The position numbers and the translations under genes are program-made. Under the pieces are notes generated by a model. It searched no databases. It was given only the letters and a program-made list of their open reading frames with translations, and was not told where the DNA came from. A stretch of 64,000 nt of DNA from Hemiscyllium ocellatum (lineage: Eukaryota), in the NCBI RefSeq assembly GCF_020745735.1, contig NC_083411.1, positions 87,778,328 to 87,842,327 of the forward strand, in the 5' to 3' direction. Positions 14,101 through 25,470 of the stretch are shown one piece after another; position 1 is the first letter of the stretch, and every line of letters begins with the position of its first letter.

Positions 14101-17100
14101 TGCTTATTAGCTGACTTGGCGGAACAGCTGGTTTATGATGCAGTGTGATGCCAACAGAGTGGGTTCACCGTGCAGTGACTGAGGTTACCATAAAGGACTC
14201 TGCTTCTCAACCTCTCTTCCTCATCTGAGGCATGGTGACCTTCAAGTTAAACCATCACCAGGCATCTCTAATTAGAGTGGCGCGATGGTTTGCTAAGACT
14301 AAGGTGACTTTATTTTTATCCTTAATTAACTTTACAGGAGGTTGATTGGTTCTTCATTGGCTTACTCAGAACAGTTGTGAAGCCCTGACGTTTCAAGTCA
14401 AACAGTGCACTAATTGGAACAAGCTTTCATAACAATATGGATTACATATGGGTGTTTTAGCTATATCTACATTCTAATCCTTTAGTAAAACTCCATATCT
14501 TTACCAATGATTCTGTCATCCTCCTTGACCATGATCGTGATTTGAATGAGAGTGAATCTCTAAGACAATGAGGTGAGCTTCTAATACTATCACAATTGAC
14601 AGTGCTGCTACTCTGTTATCCTTTCTACTCTGAAACTCCAGTATATTCCAAAACTCTGTTGCCAATATCATACCACATACCAGGTCACACCTTTGCTGAT
14701 CTTGTTTTTTGACATTGGCTCCTATTTCCCCAATGTCTCATTTAAAATTCCCTTCCTTTTATTTAAATCCTGATATAGCCTCACCCCTCTGCCCTTTCAC
14801 TGTAGTCTCTGTCAGTTGTACAACACTCCACATCCTCCCTGAACTGTGTTCCTCCAATTCTGAGCTCTTGTCGACCTGTGGTACCAGTTATGCAGTCTGT
14901 GCAGGATGCAATTTCTCCCTAAATGCTTGACTCTTTTTTTCATCAAAGTTTTGATCACCTTCATAATTTGTCTGAAATTTGGCTCAGCATTCATTTTGGC
15001 TGACCACAGTCCTGTTATTGTTTTGGTCTAAGGAGAAAAGGCTTCCAGGGTTACTGACCTTGATGAATTTTGCATAAGCTGTACTATAAAGTGTAAAAAG
15101 GATTCGATCTGGTTTGCATCACCATGCTGTCTTGATTAAAAACGCTTGTTTTCCTGTTCAGCTTTAAAAATGGGCACATGGGGAGATACTGCATATTACA
15201 ACTACATCTCGCCCTTCACCCATCTCCAATGTTTGATGGCACACTGAACTACCTCTCGCGTATATACACAAAAGGCAGTTGCCAATGTCTGTCACTTTAC
15301 AGCTGCTGGATTGAAATCTTGCAAGCATTCCATTCATGGTTTGAGCATGCTGAAAAGTGACAGCTGATGTGGGAGTTTGAAATTAACCAGCAGAATCATC
15401 AGCTCTTGGAGACAAGTTTATGATAACTCCTTCATGAGGCTGAAATGGTTTAACAGCAACTTTGTTTGTGAACTTGAAAATTGGAAAGGACTGCAAGCAG
15501 ACTATTGAGTCTGTGCACCTTAGACACACTCAGTTGGAGTAATATCCACGTCTGTAAAATGTAAATGTTAGCAAATTATCAATAAATATAATTGTCTCAT
15601 TATTTTGTTCTGCTTATTTAGTCATTTTGCTGAATAACAATATTCTCATCTCTTGTGGTTGCAACTTTGGTTCATTTTTGTTTTCCTACTGTTCAGTGGC
15701 AGAATGAAATAATAACATGTCGAGACATCCCAGCGGTGTCGGTGTGTTCAAACTGCAAGAATAATGTAAAAAAAGTAACATATATCCCAGCTGGAAACCA
15801 CTCAGCATTTCTGAACTGTACTCTAAAACGTCTAGCGAGGGGCTGTCCTTTGTGGCTCTTGTTTCTGCATTGATATAATTTTGTGTCTTGTTATGACAAC
15901 TTTGAAAAGGTCAGAGTTAAAAATAGAATCTGAAAATAAATTCTTTTGAAGTGTACCTGCTAGGCTGGTTCACATTATCTCTGCTTACATCCAATTACTG
16001 TGCCACCTTGGATTCAATTACCAGTGTCCCTCCAAAAAGAGAAAATGCTGGAAAATCTCAGCAGGTCTGGCAGCATCTGTAAGGAGAGAAAAGAGCTGAC
16101 GTTTCGAGTCTAACTGACCCTTTGTCAAAGCTTTGACAAAGGGTCAGTTAGACTCGCAACATCAGCTCTTTTCTCTCCTTACAGATGCTGCCAGACCTGC
16201 TGAGATTTTCCAGCATTTTCTCTTTTGGTTTCAGATTCCAGCATCCACAGTAATTTGCTTTTAACCAGTGTCTCTCTTCTGATCATTGTGGTGTGTGATA
16301 CAATTTTAAAATATTTATAGTCCAGAATGGAGAAATTGTTTGGAGCTGGAGTACTCACAAAGATTTGAGTTTTGTTGTTTGTTGGTTATCTTACCTTTTT
16401 ATAGTTTTTTTTAAAAAGGAGGCTAATTTACTGTCCCCATAAATGCCACCAGTTCCTAACTTCCAGCTCAGCACTGTCCCATGACTTGTCCAGACTTGTC
16501 CTTCCTGCCTATCTCCTTTTCCACCTATCCACTCCAACCTCTCCTCCCTGACCTATCACCTTCATCCCCTCCTCCACTCACCCATTGTACTCTGTGCTAC
16601 TTTCTCCCCACCCTCCTCTAGCTTATCTCTCCACGCTTCGGGCTCACTGCCTTTATTCCTGATGAAGGGCTTTTGCCCGAAACGTCGATTTTCGCTGCTC
16701 CTTGGATGCTGCCTGAACGGCTGTGCTCTTCCAGCACCACTAATCCAGAATCTGGTTTCCAGCATCTGCAGTCATTGTTTTTACACAGTTAGGTTCTGTC
16801 TGGTGTCTCAGTGAGCACGGAACCATGACTCAGTCATATTCTGCTATGAAAATATTTCTCCAATCAATTATTAAGTTAGTCGATTATAAATTATTTTAGC
16901 ATTGTTGCAATTTTTTAAAAAATGTTCAATATTGTATCTTCTCAAATTTATGCATTTGGATGTTTCACTTTCAAAGGTTCCAAATGCTTTTTGGATACGG
17001 GAGCAAATGTGCCTTTAGATTTGAATGTAAATGTCTTTGTAAAATGTTTCGTGATGGAGCGAAAATGAAAGCTATTATTAGATGAGAAGAAAGCAAGAGT

Positions 17101-20100
17101 ACTGTACAGGTCCTGTGTTGTTTGTTCTGTTCTAAGATGTCAGATTCATTAGGTATAATGTTCTTACAGGCATTTTGTAAGTTTATAAGCCAAGAAACTA
17201 GAGTTTCCTGGAAGTATGTTGAATCTATATCAAAATGATTGAGATCTTGTTGTTTCTTCCCAGAGAAAACCAATGATAATAGCCAGTTTGAGGTGTTGGA
17301 TTTAGCTGAATATGCCAAACGACAAAGATGGTGGAACCGATTCTTTGGAAGAAATTCTGGACCAATTGCTGAGAAATACACAGTAGCAACACAGCTGATG
17401 ATTGGAGGAGCCAGCGGGTGGTGAGCTTTAACTTTTGATTCACCTTCAGCAGAGTTTTTCTTTCTTTTGATAAAAATGGACAGAATTTGTGACATTGAAG
17501 ATCATGTTTAGAAAACTATCCTCTGTTGTTTGATTCATATTAGCTAATTATAAATGTATCACTGTTGCCAAAGTTACTTGATTTTTAAGAAACATTGGGA
17601 GAGTGTATGCAAATTCAATCTGTTGAACTGAATTGGAAATGTTTTCCATTACAATATCCCAATGAACAGATTGCTAGTGTAATGTAGTGGTGTATTTTTT
17701 TAAGTCTACACAAGGTTCAAGAAACTACTCAGAATTTAACATTCATAGTTTCAACTGGTGTTGTTCACTAAGATCAAAGTATTTCAAATCACTATTGACT
17801 ACATGAATAAAAAGGAAAGAGATATTTTAGTAAAACTGAGACCACACATTCCCAGAGAGTCCCTGACTGCTTTTAAACTGCTTGGTTTGTGCTCAATGAT
17901 TTAATTAGCATAAGTATTTAGAACAATATTTTGAGCCCAGAGACTCCAGGTCATGGCTCACTTACTCTAGAGGTGCGTCATAACTTAACTGTACAGATTG
18001 AATAGAAAATATCTTCAGAACAAATTCCAAATCTTCAGATAAAGAGGAGGGATTTCAGTTACTTGTTTACTGTAAGCGTGAAGGTTCCTCAAGTTCCCAA
18101 TAATGTGAGAGTTCTAACCTGAATTATCTTCTGTACCAGCCATCCTTAACATCTCTGAATAAGCCTTTGAATTATTATGAACCTTTGAATAGTAGGTGTG
18201 GATTCATGTGGTCGTTGGGGCCTACGTTGTTTCTACTTGATTCATTTCTCTCTGGGTCCTTATAACTGTGAAGTAACTCTCTGAAAATATATTAAAGCAA
18301 AATAATTGCATGTTGGGGGAAACTCGGGTCTGACAACATCTAGCAGCGATAAACAAAATTAATGTATCAGGTCTGATGTGATCATCCTGAAAATACATAT
18401 CTGACTCAACTTGATGAATTTCCCCAGCATTTTCTGTGTTTGTTTCTTTCATACTGTTAGTATAAGCTGCATTCATAGGAGCAGCAGTAGGCTATTCAGC
18501 CCCTTTAGCCTGTTCCACCATTCAGTGAGATCATTCTCTAATTCCATATCCTTAGTACCTTTTGCTTAACTGAAATTTATCTATATCAGATTGAAACTTT
18601 AACAACTGATCCTTCATTTACTGTTGTCAGTGGAAGAGTATTCCAAATACCTACTATCCTTTGCGTGTAGAAGTACTTCCTAACATCTCTCCTGAATGGT
18701 CTGGTCATAATTCTCAGACTATGTCCCCTAGTTCTAGAATCCCCAACCAATGGAAATAGTTTATCATTATCTACCCTGCTTTTTCCTTCTGTCAGTTCAT
18801 GCCTCAATTTTCTAAATTCTACAGAAAATATGCCTACTTTGTATGATTTCTTCTCATAACCTAACCTCTGAAATCGAGTTTTATTATAAACCTATGTTGT
18901 ACTCCCTTAAAGGCCAGTGTATCTTTTCTAAAGTGTGGTGCCCAGAGCTGCTGTCAGTACTTCAAGTGAGATATAACCAAGGTTTTGTATAACTGCAGCA
19001 TAACTTCTGCATTGTTGTACTTCAGTCCTCTAGATATAAAGACCAGATTCTATTAGGGTTTTCTTGATTATTTTCTGCATTTCACATTTTTAAAGATGTA
19101 TGAACCTGAATCAAAGTCTCTTTGGATATCAGACCTGAAACACTAATTTTGTTTCTCTCTCCACAGATAACTTCACACCATCTAGAAACACTTTTTTTTT
19201 GGCCAAAACTGGGTAACCTCATACTTACATTTGAACTCCATGAGCTACAGTTTTGCATATTCACACAGTTTACCAATATCCCCTTGTAATTTTATGCTAT
19301 CATCTACACTGTTTGCAATTCTGCCTAACTTTTGTGTCATCAGCAAACTTGGATATATGACTTTCTGTGCCATTATCCAAGTGGTTAATAAATAATGTAA
19401 ATAATTGAGGCCCTGACACAGATCTTTGTGGGACACCATTGGTCACTTCCTGCCAATTTGAGCACCAGCCCATTATCTCTACTTTCTGTCACCTGCTGCT
19501 CAACCAATTTCCCACGTTTGCTTTTAATTCTGTATTCCGCAATACACGGGCCTGTATTTCATCGGTGAACTTCTTAGTTGTTCTGTAACTTATAGACGTT
19601 CAAGTTTTTACAAAATAACTTGTGCGTGAATCCATGTCCCATTTCCAACTGAATCTCAAGAAGGCAAATCTTTTGGAGAGAGATGAGTGAATCTGTTTTC
19701 TCAATCTGCTCATAATTTTAAACGTTAAATTTCTGCCATTTTCTTTGTAGGTGTGCAGGGTTTTTGTTTCAGAAGGTTGGAAAATTAGCTGCAACAGCAG
19801 TTGGTGGAGGTTTCTTCCTGCTCCAGGTGAGTCAGTTGTTGATTTGGGAAATTAAGTCTTTTCAGAATGGTAGAGTGAGGGAAGAGCTTTTAGCTATAGA
19901 CAGGGACTGAAAGGCTGAGACAATGTTTAAACCAATGGTAACCTATCATGATCTCTGCACCCATGCATATTTTGGGGTTTAATCCTGCAAACAAAAACAG
20001 TAATTTTTTGGGGTGTGTCTAATATGAATTTGAGTTGATATTCAGTAAATGTAAATGTAACACACCAATGAGGGCATCACACATGCATTTGCTGATTCCT

Positions 20101-23100
20101 AGCTGGTGGTGGATGATAAGTGTGCCATTCGTTTCATTGCTGTCTTTGAAAAGTGCTAAATCAAGTGTGCAGCCTGAATAGAATAACTAAGTTAGTCTAA
20201 TTAATTACTAAAGTATGATCCAAGTTATTGATTTCATTAGTTTCAAGCATTTTTGCATTTCATTTATGTCCCTACTGTCAGAGTATATAAAGGGGGTTGT
20301 ATTGACACTTATAAAATATTGGTGAGTTTAAAACTATCACCCAACTGTCCTTTCCTAAGTCCTTTAATTCATAATTACTATTCCATGCGTCTGTATTCTG
20401 TTTCATTTCGAGTGTTTGATCTTTTTTGATTTCATTGCTCTTCATTGGCAGCAGCTATCCCAGTACTTTTTTTTCGAAATACCACACGAAGCACCTTTGT
20501 TTTTCATACTGTAGTATTTGTGGGGAAGGAAGGAAGGAAGAAAAATGATACAAGGGACCTGAAAATGAACAGGCCAACAAACTAAAAAACAGTCTCATAC
20601 ACACAGAAGGCCACTGAGCCCACAGACCCTATATTAACTGTTCAAAGAATTAACCAATGAGTTTTAATTCCATGTCTCCTATTTTGCTTTTCTCCAAATT
20701 TTCCCCTTCCAAATATTTACCTAATTTCCTTTGTCCCTTTCAGGGAGTGATCAGGACAACTCACTGTTTCAAAAAAAGTATTAACCTTGCATTTGATTCT
20801 TTTTACATTTACCTTGAATCTTTGTCTTCTGGTTGCTGACTATTCTGCCTTTGAAAAGATGCTCCCTATTTATTAAAACACTTCATAATTTTGAAAATCT
20901 CTCTTAAAGATCTCCCTTAATCGTTTGTGTTTTAATGAGAATAATCCTGGTTTTTCCAAACCTGTCAACAGCTTTGGTCCAAATGTGGACCAAAAAAATC
21001 TGACTCCCTGACTGCCTTTGACATCAAATAGCATTTGACTTGAATGTGGTATTACACAATTCTGATAAATTGATGGGAATCAGGGAATATTCCCACTAGC
21101 TAGAAGGTGTCATGCCCAAGCACAAAGGAAGATTGTTGGACACCTATTATTGCAGCCCTAGGACCTTGCTGCAGAAGTTTATCAGACCATAGGCCCAGCC
21201 AATCCTCAGCTGCTTCATCAATGACCTCCCCTCCGTCACAAGAGGAAATGTTCACTGATGATTGTACAATGTTTAGTTCTATTTTCAATCTTTCCGATTT
21301 TTGAAATAATTCATATCTGTATATTGTCAGGCTTGGATTGATTATTGACAAATATCATTTCTACCACACAATTATCAAGCAGTGACCATCGCCAACAATA
21401 TTAAGTGATATTACCGTCACTGAATCTCAAATTGGAGAAGGGGGATTTCAAAGTTTGGGAGAAGATTTGTAGCTCGGGTGCTCGTTGTTGTGGTTCTGTT
21501 CGCCGAGCTGGGAATTTGTGTTGCAGATGTTTCGTCCCCTGTCTAGGTGACATCCTCAGTGCTTGGGAGTCTCCTGTGAGGGGGATTTGCAGGATAGTTG
21601 TACCATTGAAGAGAAACTGGGGTACAAAAGTCAGTTAGATCACCTCCTGACTCTCCATTAATTTTCCACCATGTATATGAAACATTCTCAGCTTAGTACA
21701 GCTCTAACCATACTCTGGAAGCTTGACACCATCAAGGACAATGGATTCTGGATTGGTGGTGCTGGAAGAGCACAGCCGTTCAGGCAGCATCCAAAGTGCA
21801 GCGAAATCGACGTTTCGGGCAAAAGCCCTTCATCAGGAATAAAGGCAGTGAGCCTGAAACGTGGAGAGATAAGCTAGAGGAGGGTGGGGGTGGGGAGAAA
21901 GTAGCATAGAGTACAATGGGTGAGTGGGGGAGGGGATGAAGGTGATAGGTCAGGGAGGAAAGGGTAGAGTGGATAGGTGGAAAAGATAGGCAGGTAGGAC
22001 AAGTCCAGACAAGTCATGGGGACAGTGCTGAGCTGGAAGTTTGGAACTAGGGTGAGGTGGGGGAAGGGGAAATGAGGAAACTGTTGAAGTCCACATTGAT
22101 GCCCTGGGGTTGAAGTGTTCCGAGGTGGAAGATGAGGCGTTCTTCCTCCAGGCGTCTGGTGGTGAGGGAGCGGCGGTGAAGGAGGCCCAGGACCTCCATG
22201 TCCTTGGCAGAGTGGGAGGGGACAAAGCAGCTCTCCTGACTGACATCCTATCCATTACCTTAAACATTTACTCTCTCCACACTGGTGCACAGTGGCTGCA
22301 GTATGTATTATCTACAAGATGCACTGCAATAACTTGCCAAGGTTTCTTGATTTGCACCTTGCAGCCCCATAACTTCTACCACTTTGACAGGAAGAGTATG
22401 GGAACACCACCACCTACATGTTTCCCCCGCCCAAAAGAGACAAAATGTATCACAAATGTTCCTTCATCACTGAACCAAATACTTGAACTGTCTCCTTCAA
22501 GGCATCTTCACCATCATCTTCCGAAGTTCATTTGTGGCTGCTGAATTAGTGTTGATTTGGTCCAGGTTGCATTAAATTGGTATTGTTCTGTGATTTTGCA
22601 TGTCTGCATTCATAAATATGTATACTGTGCACACTGTCTGTGCTGTTTCTTCTCCTGAGGGAAAAGAAAGAACAGAAAAGTTAATCCAATTTCTAGAATG
22701 CAAGTTAAAACAGCTGTATTTTTTGCTACTACTGTGGGAATAGTGATAATCAATTTCCTAAAAAAAAAAATTCCATTCATTATTGGAAGGAAGAGAAAAA
22801 CTATTTTGACAATAATTATGGTAAAGAAACAAGCATACAGTTGCATTTCACATGATTTATAACCAAACAGTGCATATCCATTAGGAAAAGATACTGAAAA
22901 TCTTAATACAGAATCCTGTGAAAAGTCATGATTGTAGTGACTCTCAACAGGTGGATGGAGTGATGTTCTAATTTTTCTTTCAGATTGCCAATCATACGGG
23001 ATACATCACTATTGACTGGAAGCGAGTGGAAAGGGATGTAAATAAGGCAAAGAAACAGTTGAAAATTGGCAAGAATAAGGTTGCTCCAGAAGTGCACGGT

Positions 23101-23546
23101 GCAATTGATGAGGTAGGAAAATGGTGAACTTGTGTTATTACAGTACAGTTTTATTCGCCAAATAAAAGCCACAGTAGTGAAAAAATATTACCTTAGCATG
23201 GTTTTTCTGTTCCATGAAATTTGAGGGATTTATTTCTTAATCCAGACATGACTGCTGACAAAAGAAAACTGAACTTCAAAAAACTGGAATTTTTTTTACC
23301 GTTAGACAGAATGTCTTAAGATAATACAAACCATAAAGCTGATAGTGAATTCTGGTTTAGTAAAAATTTAAACATGACAAACAATTCCATTAGGTACGTT
23401 ATCCTTTGTTTCTTCACAACTGCTGTGAAATGGAAAATGTTAATTATTCTATCCTTCTCCCCCATCAGGTGACTGTGTTTGTGAAGAAGAACATTGTCCT
23501 TACTGGAGGTTTTGTTGGTGGATTCCTACTTGGACTTGCTTCATGA
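8014..23546 (+). CDS. FUNDC2: FUN14 domain-containing protein 2 (spliced, 5 exons, 151 aa)
   Basis: join(8014..8029,17264..17420,19751..19826,22984..23112,23469..23546). All introns are GT-AG and phases are consistent. Translation [151 protein letters not shown] is FUNDC family. FUNDC2 is preferred over FUNDC1 because of synteny with CMC4 and BRCC3. Confidence 0.9.
8190..9645. repeat. Degenerate AT-rich tandem repeat (TACAGTAATGTCAGTGTACATTAAT-like), interrupted by a decayed CR1 (about 8630-9450)
   Basis: Recurrent motif at 8200-8630 and 9450-9645. Confidence 0.55.
9650..11410. mobile_element. Decayed L2/CR1-clade LINE fragments (+ about 9650-10310; - about 10500-11410)
   Basis: RT remnant 'VRMFTDD' and '[21 protein letters not shown]'; similar fragments at 5780-6860 and 21020-22480. 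Confidence 0.6.
11430..12550 (-). mobile_element. 5'-truncated CR1 LINE
   Basis: [40 protein letters not shown]. Confidence 0.9.
13440..13695 (+). mobile_element. DeuSINE (SacSINE1-like), decayed
   Basis: Deu-domain-like ggtggatgt..tcccatagcattattttgaa..ctggccaat..ctggtcatt..attacaacagt..tttggaatgtcctgag, recognised from memory of the family consensus. Confidence 0.55.
16033..16263 (+). mobile_element. PLE-derived near-perfect palindrome
   Basis: About 97-bp inverted arms centred on AAG|CTT (16130/16131) plus a tail of about 37 nt; TSD ACCAGTGTC(C/T)CTC at 16020-16032 and 16264-16276. Confidence 0.85.
16094..16132 (-). ncRNA. Hammerhead ribozyme with U3-A8 variant core
   Basis: AGCU-UUGACAA-A-GGGUC(AGUUA)GACUC-GAAA-CG-UC-AGCU. 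Confidence 0.7.
16449..16784 (+). mobile_element. Penelope-like 3' fragment
   Basis: Pyrimidine-rich 3'UTR plus hammerhead; near-identical to the reverse complement of about 21745-22050. Confidence 0.8.
16655..16690 (+). ncRNA. Minimal type-I hammerhead ribozyme (PLE)
   Basis: AUUC-CUGAUGA-A-GGGC(UUUU)GCCC-GAAA-CG-UC-GAUU. Confidence 0.75.
17264..17420 (+). CDS. FUNDC2: FUNDC2 exon 2
   Basis: ttcccag|AG...GGGTG|gtgagc; [21 protein letters not shown]...GGASGW. Confidence 0.95.
18470..19520 (-). mobile_element. Decayed CR1 LINE
   Basis: [37 protein letters not shown], a CR1 ORF2 C-terminus. Confidence 0.85.
19751..19826 (+). CDS. FUNDC2: FUNDC2 exon 3
   Basis: tttgtag|G TGT...CAG|gtgagt; [25 protein letters not shown]. 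Confidence 0.95.
21449..21578 (-). mobile_element. Penelope-like 3' end (same family as 25471-26743)
   Basis: Matches the reverse complement of about 26615-26743; TSD AGGGGGATTT at 21439-21448 and 21579-21588. Confidence 0.8.
21523..21562 (-). ncRNA. Slightly decayed hammerhead ribozyme (same family as 26629)
   Basis: GCA-CUGAGGA-U-GUCACCU(AGAC)AGGGGAC-GAAA-CA-UC-UGC. Confidence 0.6.
21742..22219 (-). mobile_element. Penelope-like 3' fragment inserted in an older LINE
   Basis: Same GIY-YIG C-terminal DNA as 43025-43150 plus a hammerhead; flanked by GGACAA repeats. Confidence 0.8.
21805..21840 (-). ncRNA. Minimal type-I hammerhead ribozyme (PLE)
   Basis: Reverse complement is identical to the 16655 motif. 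Confidence 0.75.
22984..23112 (+). CDS. FUNDC2: FUNDC2 exon 4
   Basis: tttcag|ATT...GAG|gtagga; [27 protein letters not shown]... Confidence 0.95.
23469..23546 (+). CDS. FUNDC2: FUNDC2 exon 5 (stop)
   Basis: catcag|GTG...TCA TGA; [25 protein letters not shown]; candidate AATAAA at about 24449. Confidence 0.95.
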   Translation: MTVFVKKNIVLTGGFVGGFLLGLAS

Positions 23547-25470
23547 GGATTAGTTGAAGATGTTACTACAATTAATGAATTACAATCCGTTAATACTTCT
23601 CTCCCCGCCCCTGAAACCATTGATAGATTGTACGTGCTTTTGTGTTGGGTTTGCGTGCCCCACAGACAGTACTGAGCTAGTATCTTCAATTTACTTTACT
23701 AGAAGGGATTTGCATCATTGAGTTGACTCTGTGACCTCCATCATCTGAGTCACATGTTAAGAATATTATCAACATTGACTCTTGTCCCGGTTTATGATGA
23801 TACTCAAAATGGTGATACAATGTTTTAATGTGGTTGGCTGCACTGATTGAGATGTGGGCCTCACATTTTAACTTCATTGTACAATCACAGATGCTCATCA
23901 TCTTGTGACTTCTCATGCTTGACATCTTGTACATTTTACCACCATATTGAACTTCTGAATTGACATTGTTTCTATGTTTGCATGTTTTTGGGGCTATATG
24001 CTACACATCACTTACAACATGTATTTCTAAATATTAAGATTTTATGAAAGCTGGACACTCCCCTTAATGACACTTTAAATGGACTGGAGCTTGTGCGATT
24101 TGTTTGTGTTGCATCACACACACTGTAGTTGCCTGAATGACACAGGTATAGCGACAAATTCAGTGTGACATGGCATTACAAAAACTGGATGTGCTTTTCA
24201 AAGTTAAAACAATATCTTAAGAGATCAGGTGACTTTTTATATGCACTCTTTCCTGGTTTGCTTCATCCTTTTATCTTTGAGCTTTAAAAGCTACTCCCAG
24301 ATGTCTTCTAACTTATTAATTACTTTGCCATAAGTATTCTCTGATCATGTTGCTTATGAGCAAAGCCTGAATTATATCTTTCCAATACTTCATGTTAATT
24401 ACTGGAGTACACCCAAGAGTTCGAACTTGTTTGGCTTCAGCTGTAGGCAATAAAAGATTCTTTATGTTAGAACCTCAAGAGCCCTGGTGTCCCAGTAAAA
24501 AGAAAAGTATTCTGTATGTTTACTGTGTAGCTATGCATGGCATATTGCTGATTACGTTGGAAGATTATAAATTCAGATCCCACTCCATTTGAATTCAGCA
24601 TAAAATCCAGGTTGATACTAATGCAGTATTAGAAAGTGCTGCATTGCTCTAGGGGGTGATTTTTGGATAAGGTATAAAATTGGGACCTTGTATTCCTCCT
24701 TGTAGGTGCAAATTGATCCTGTAATAGTTTTCAAATCATAAAGGAGAGTTTGGTACTAGCCCATATTTGACCCTTGACTGAAATTATGATAGCAGATGTC
24801 TGGTCACTGAGACTTTAACCCCTTCCCCAGCGACTTTTTTTGGAGAAAACGTTTCATTTTCAGACGAATTTTTTTATTGCTTTTTTTAATAGTATTTTAA
24901 TGCTGATTATGGAAATAACTTTTGTTTTTATCTATTTCCAATATTTTACTTAATTTTATTTTGAAGATACCATTTTCGGCAAAAAAAAATTGGTCTTTCA
25001 AGTAGTTCATCTTTCGACCAGTTCATTTCTTGATCTGGCATTTTCACAATACCCCCAAACATTTTCAAGGCGAAAAATACACAAATTTCTGCCTTTGTTA
25101 CAGGGCGCCACATACAATCTCTCTCTCCAGTTTGTTCAGCAAAGTGATTAGTTTCGTCCACAACTCGATCAATAATTCTGTTGTCACATAAAAGACTAAA
25201 AAAATCCAAAGGAGTCATATCAGCTGTGTCTTGACCAATTGATATTCCAGGATTTCCAGTGAATGGGAAGCGTGGTGGTGGAGGAAGCATGCATTCTTCC
25301 GACACCACATGTCGACACCAAATTCATCCATCCTCCTCCTCCTCCTCACTTGAGAGAGAATAGCCATTATCAGACGCGCTTGCCTCTCATCTGATGTATC
25401 CAAACTTCTAATAGAAGGTTCATACTCATTGTTGTCTTCTGAGCTTGGTATCTGGGCATAATTTGTAAAA

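Noticed and set aside
16971-17495. 174-aa minus-strand ORF
   Set aside because: Antisense shadow of FUNDC2 exon 2 and its flanks
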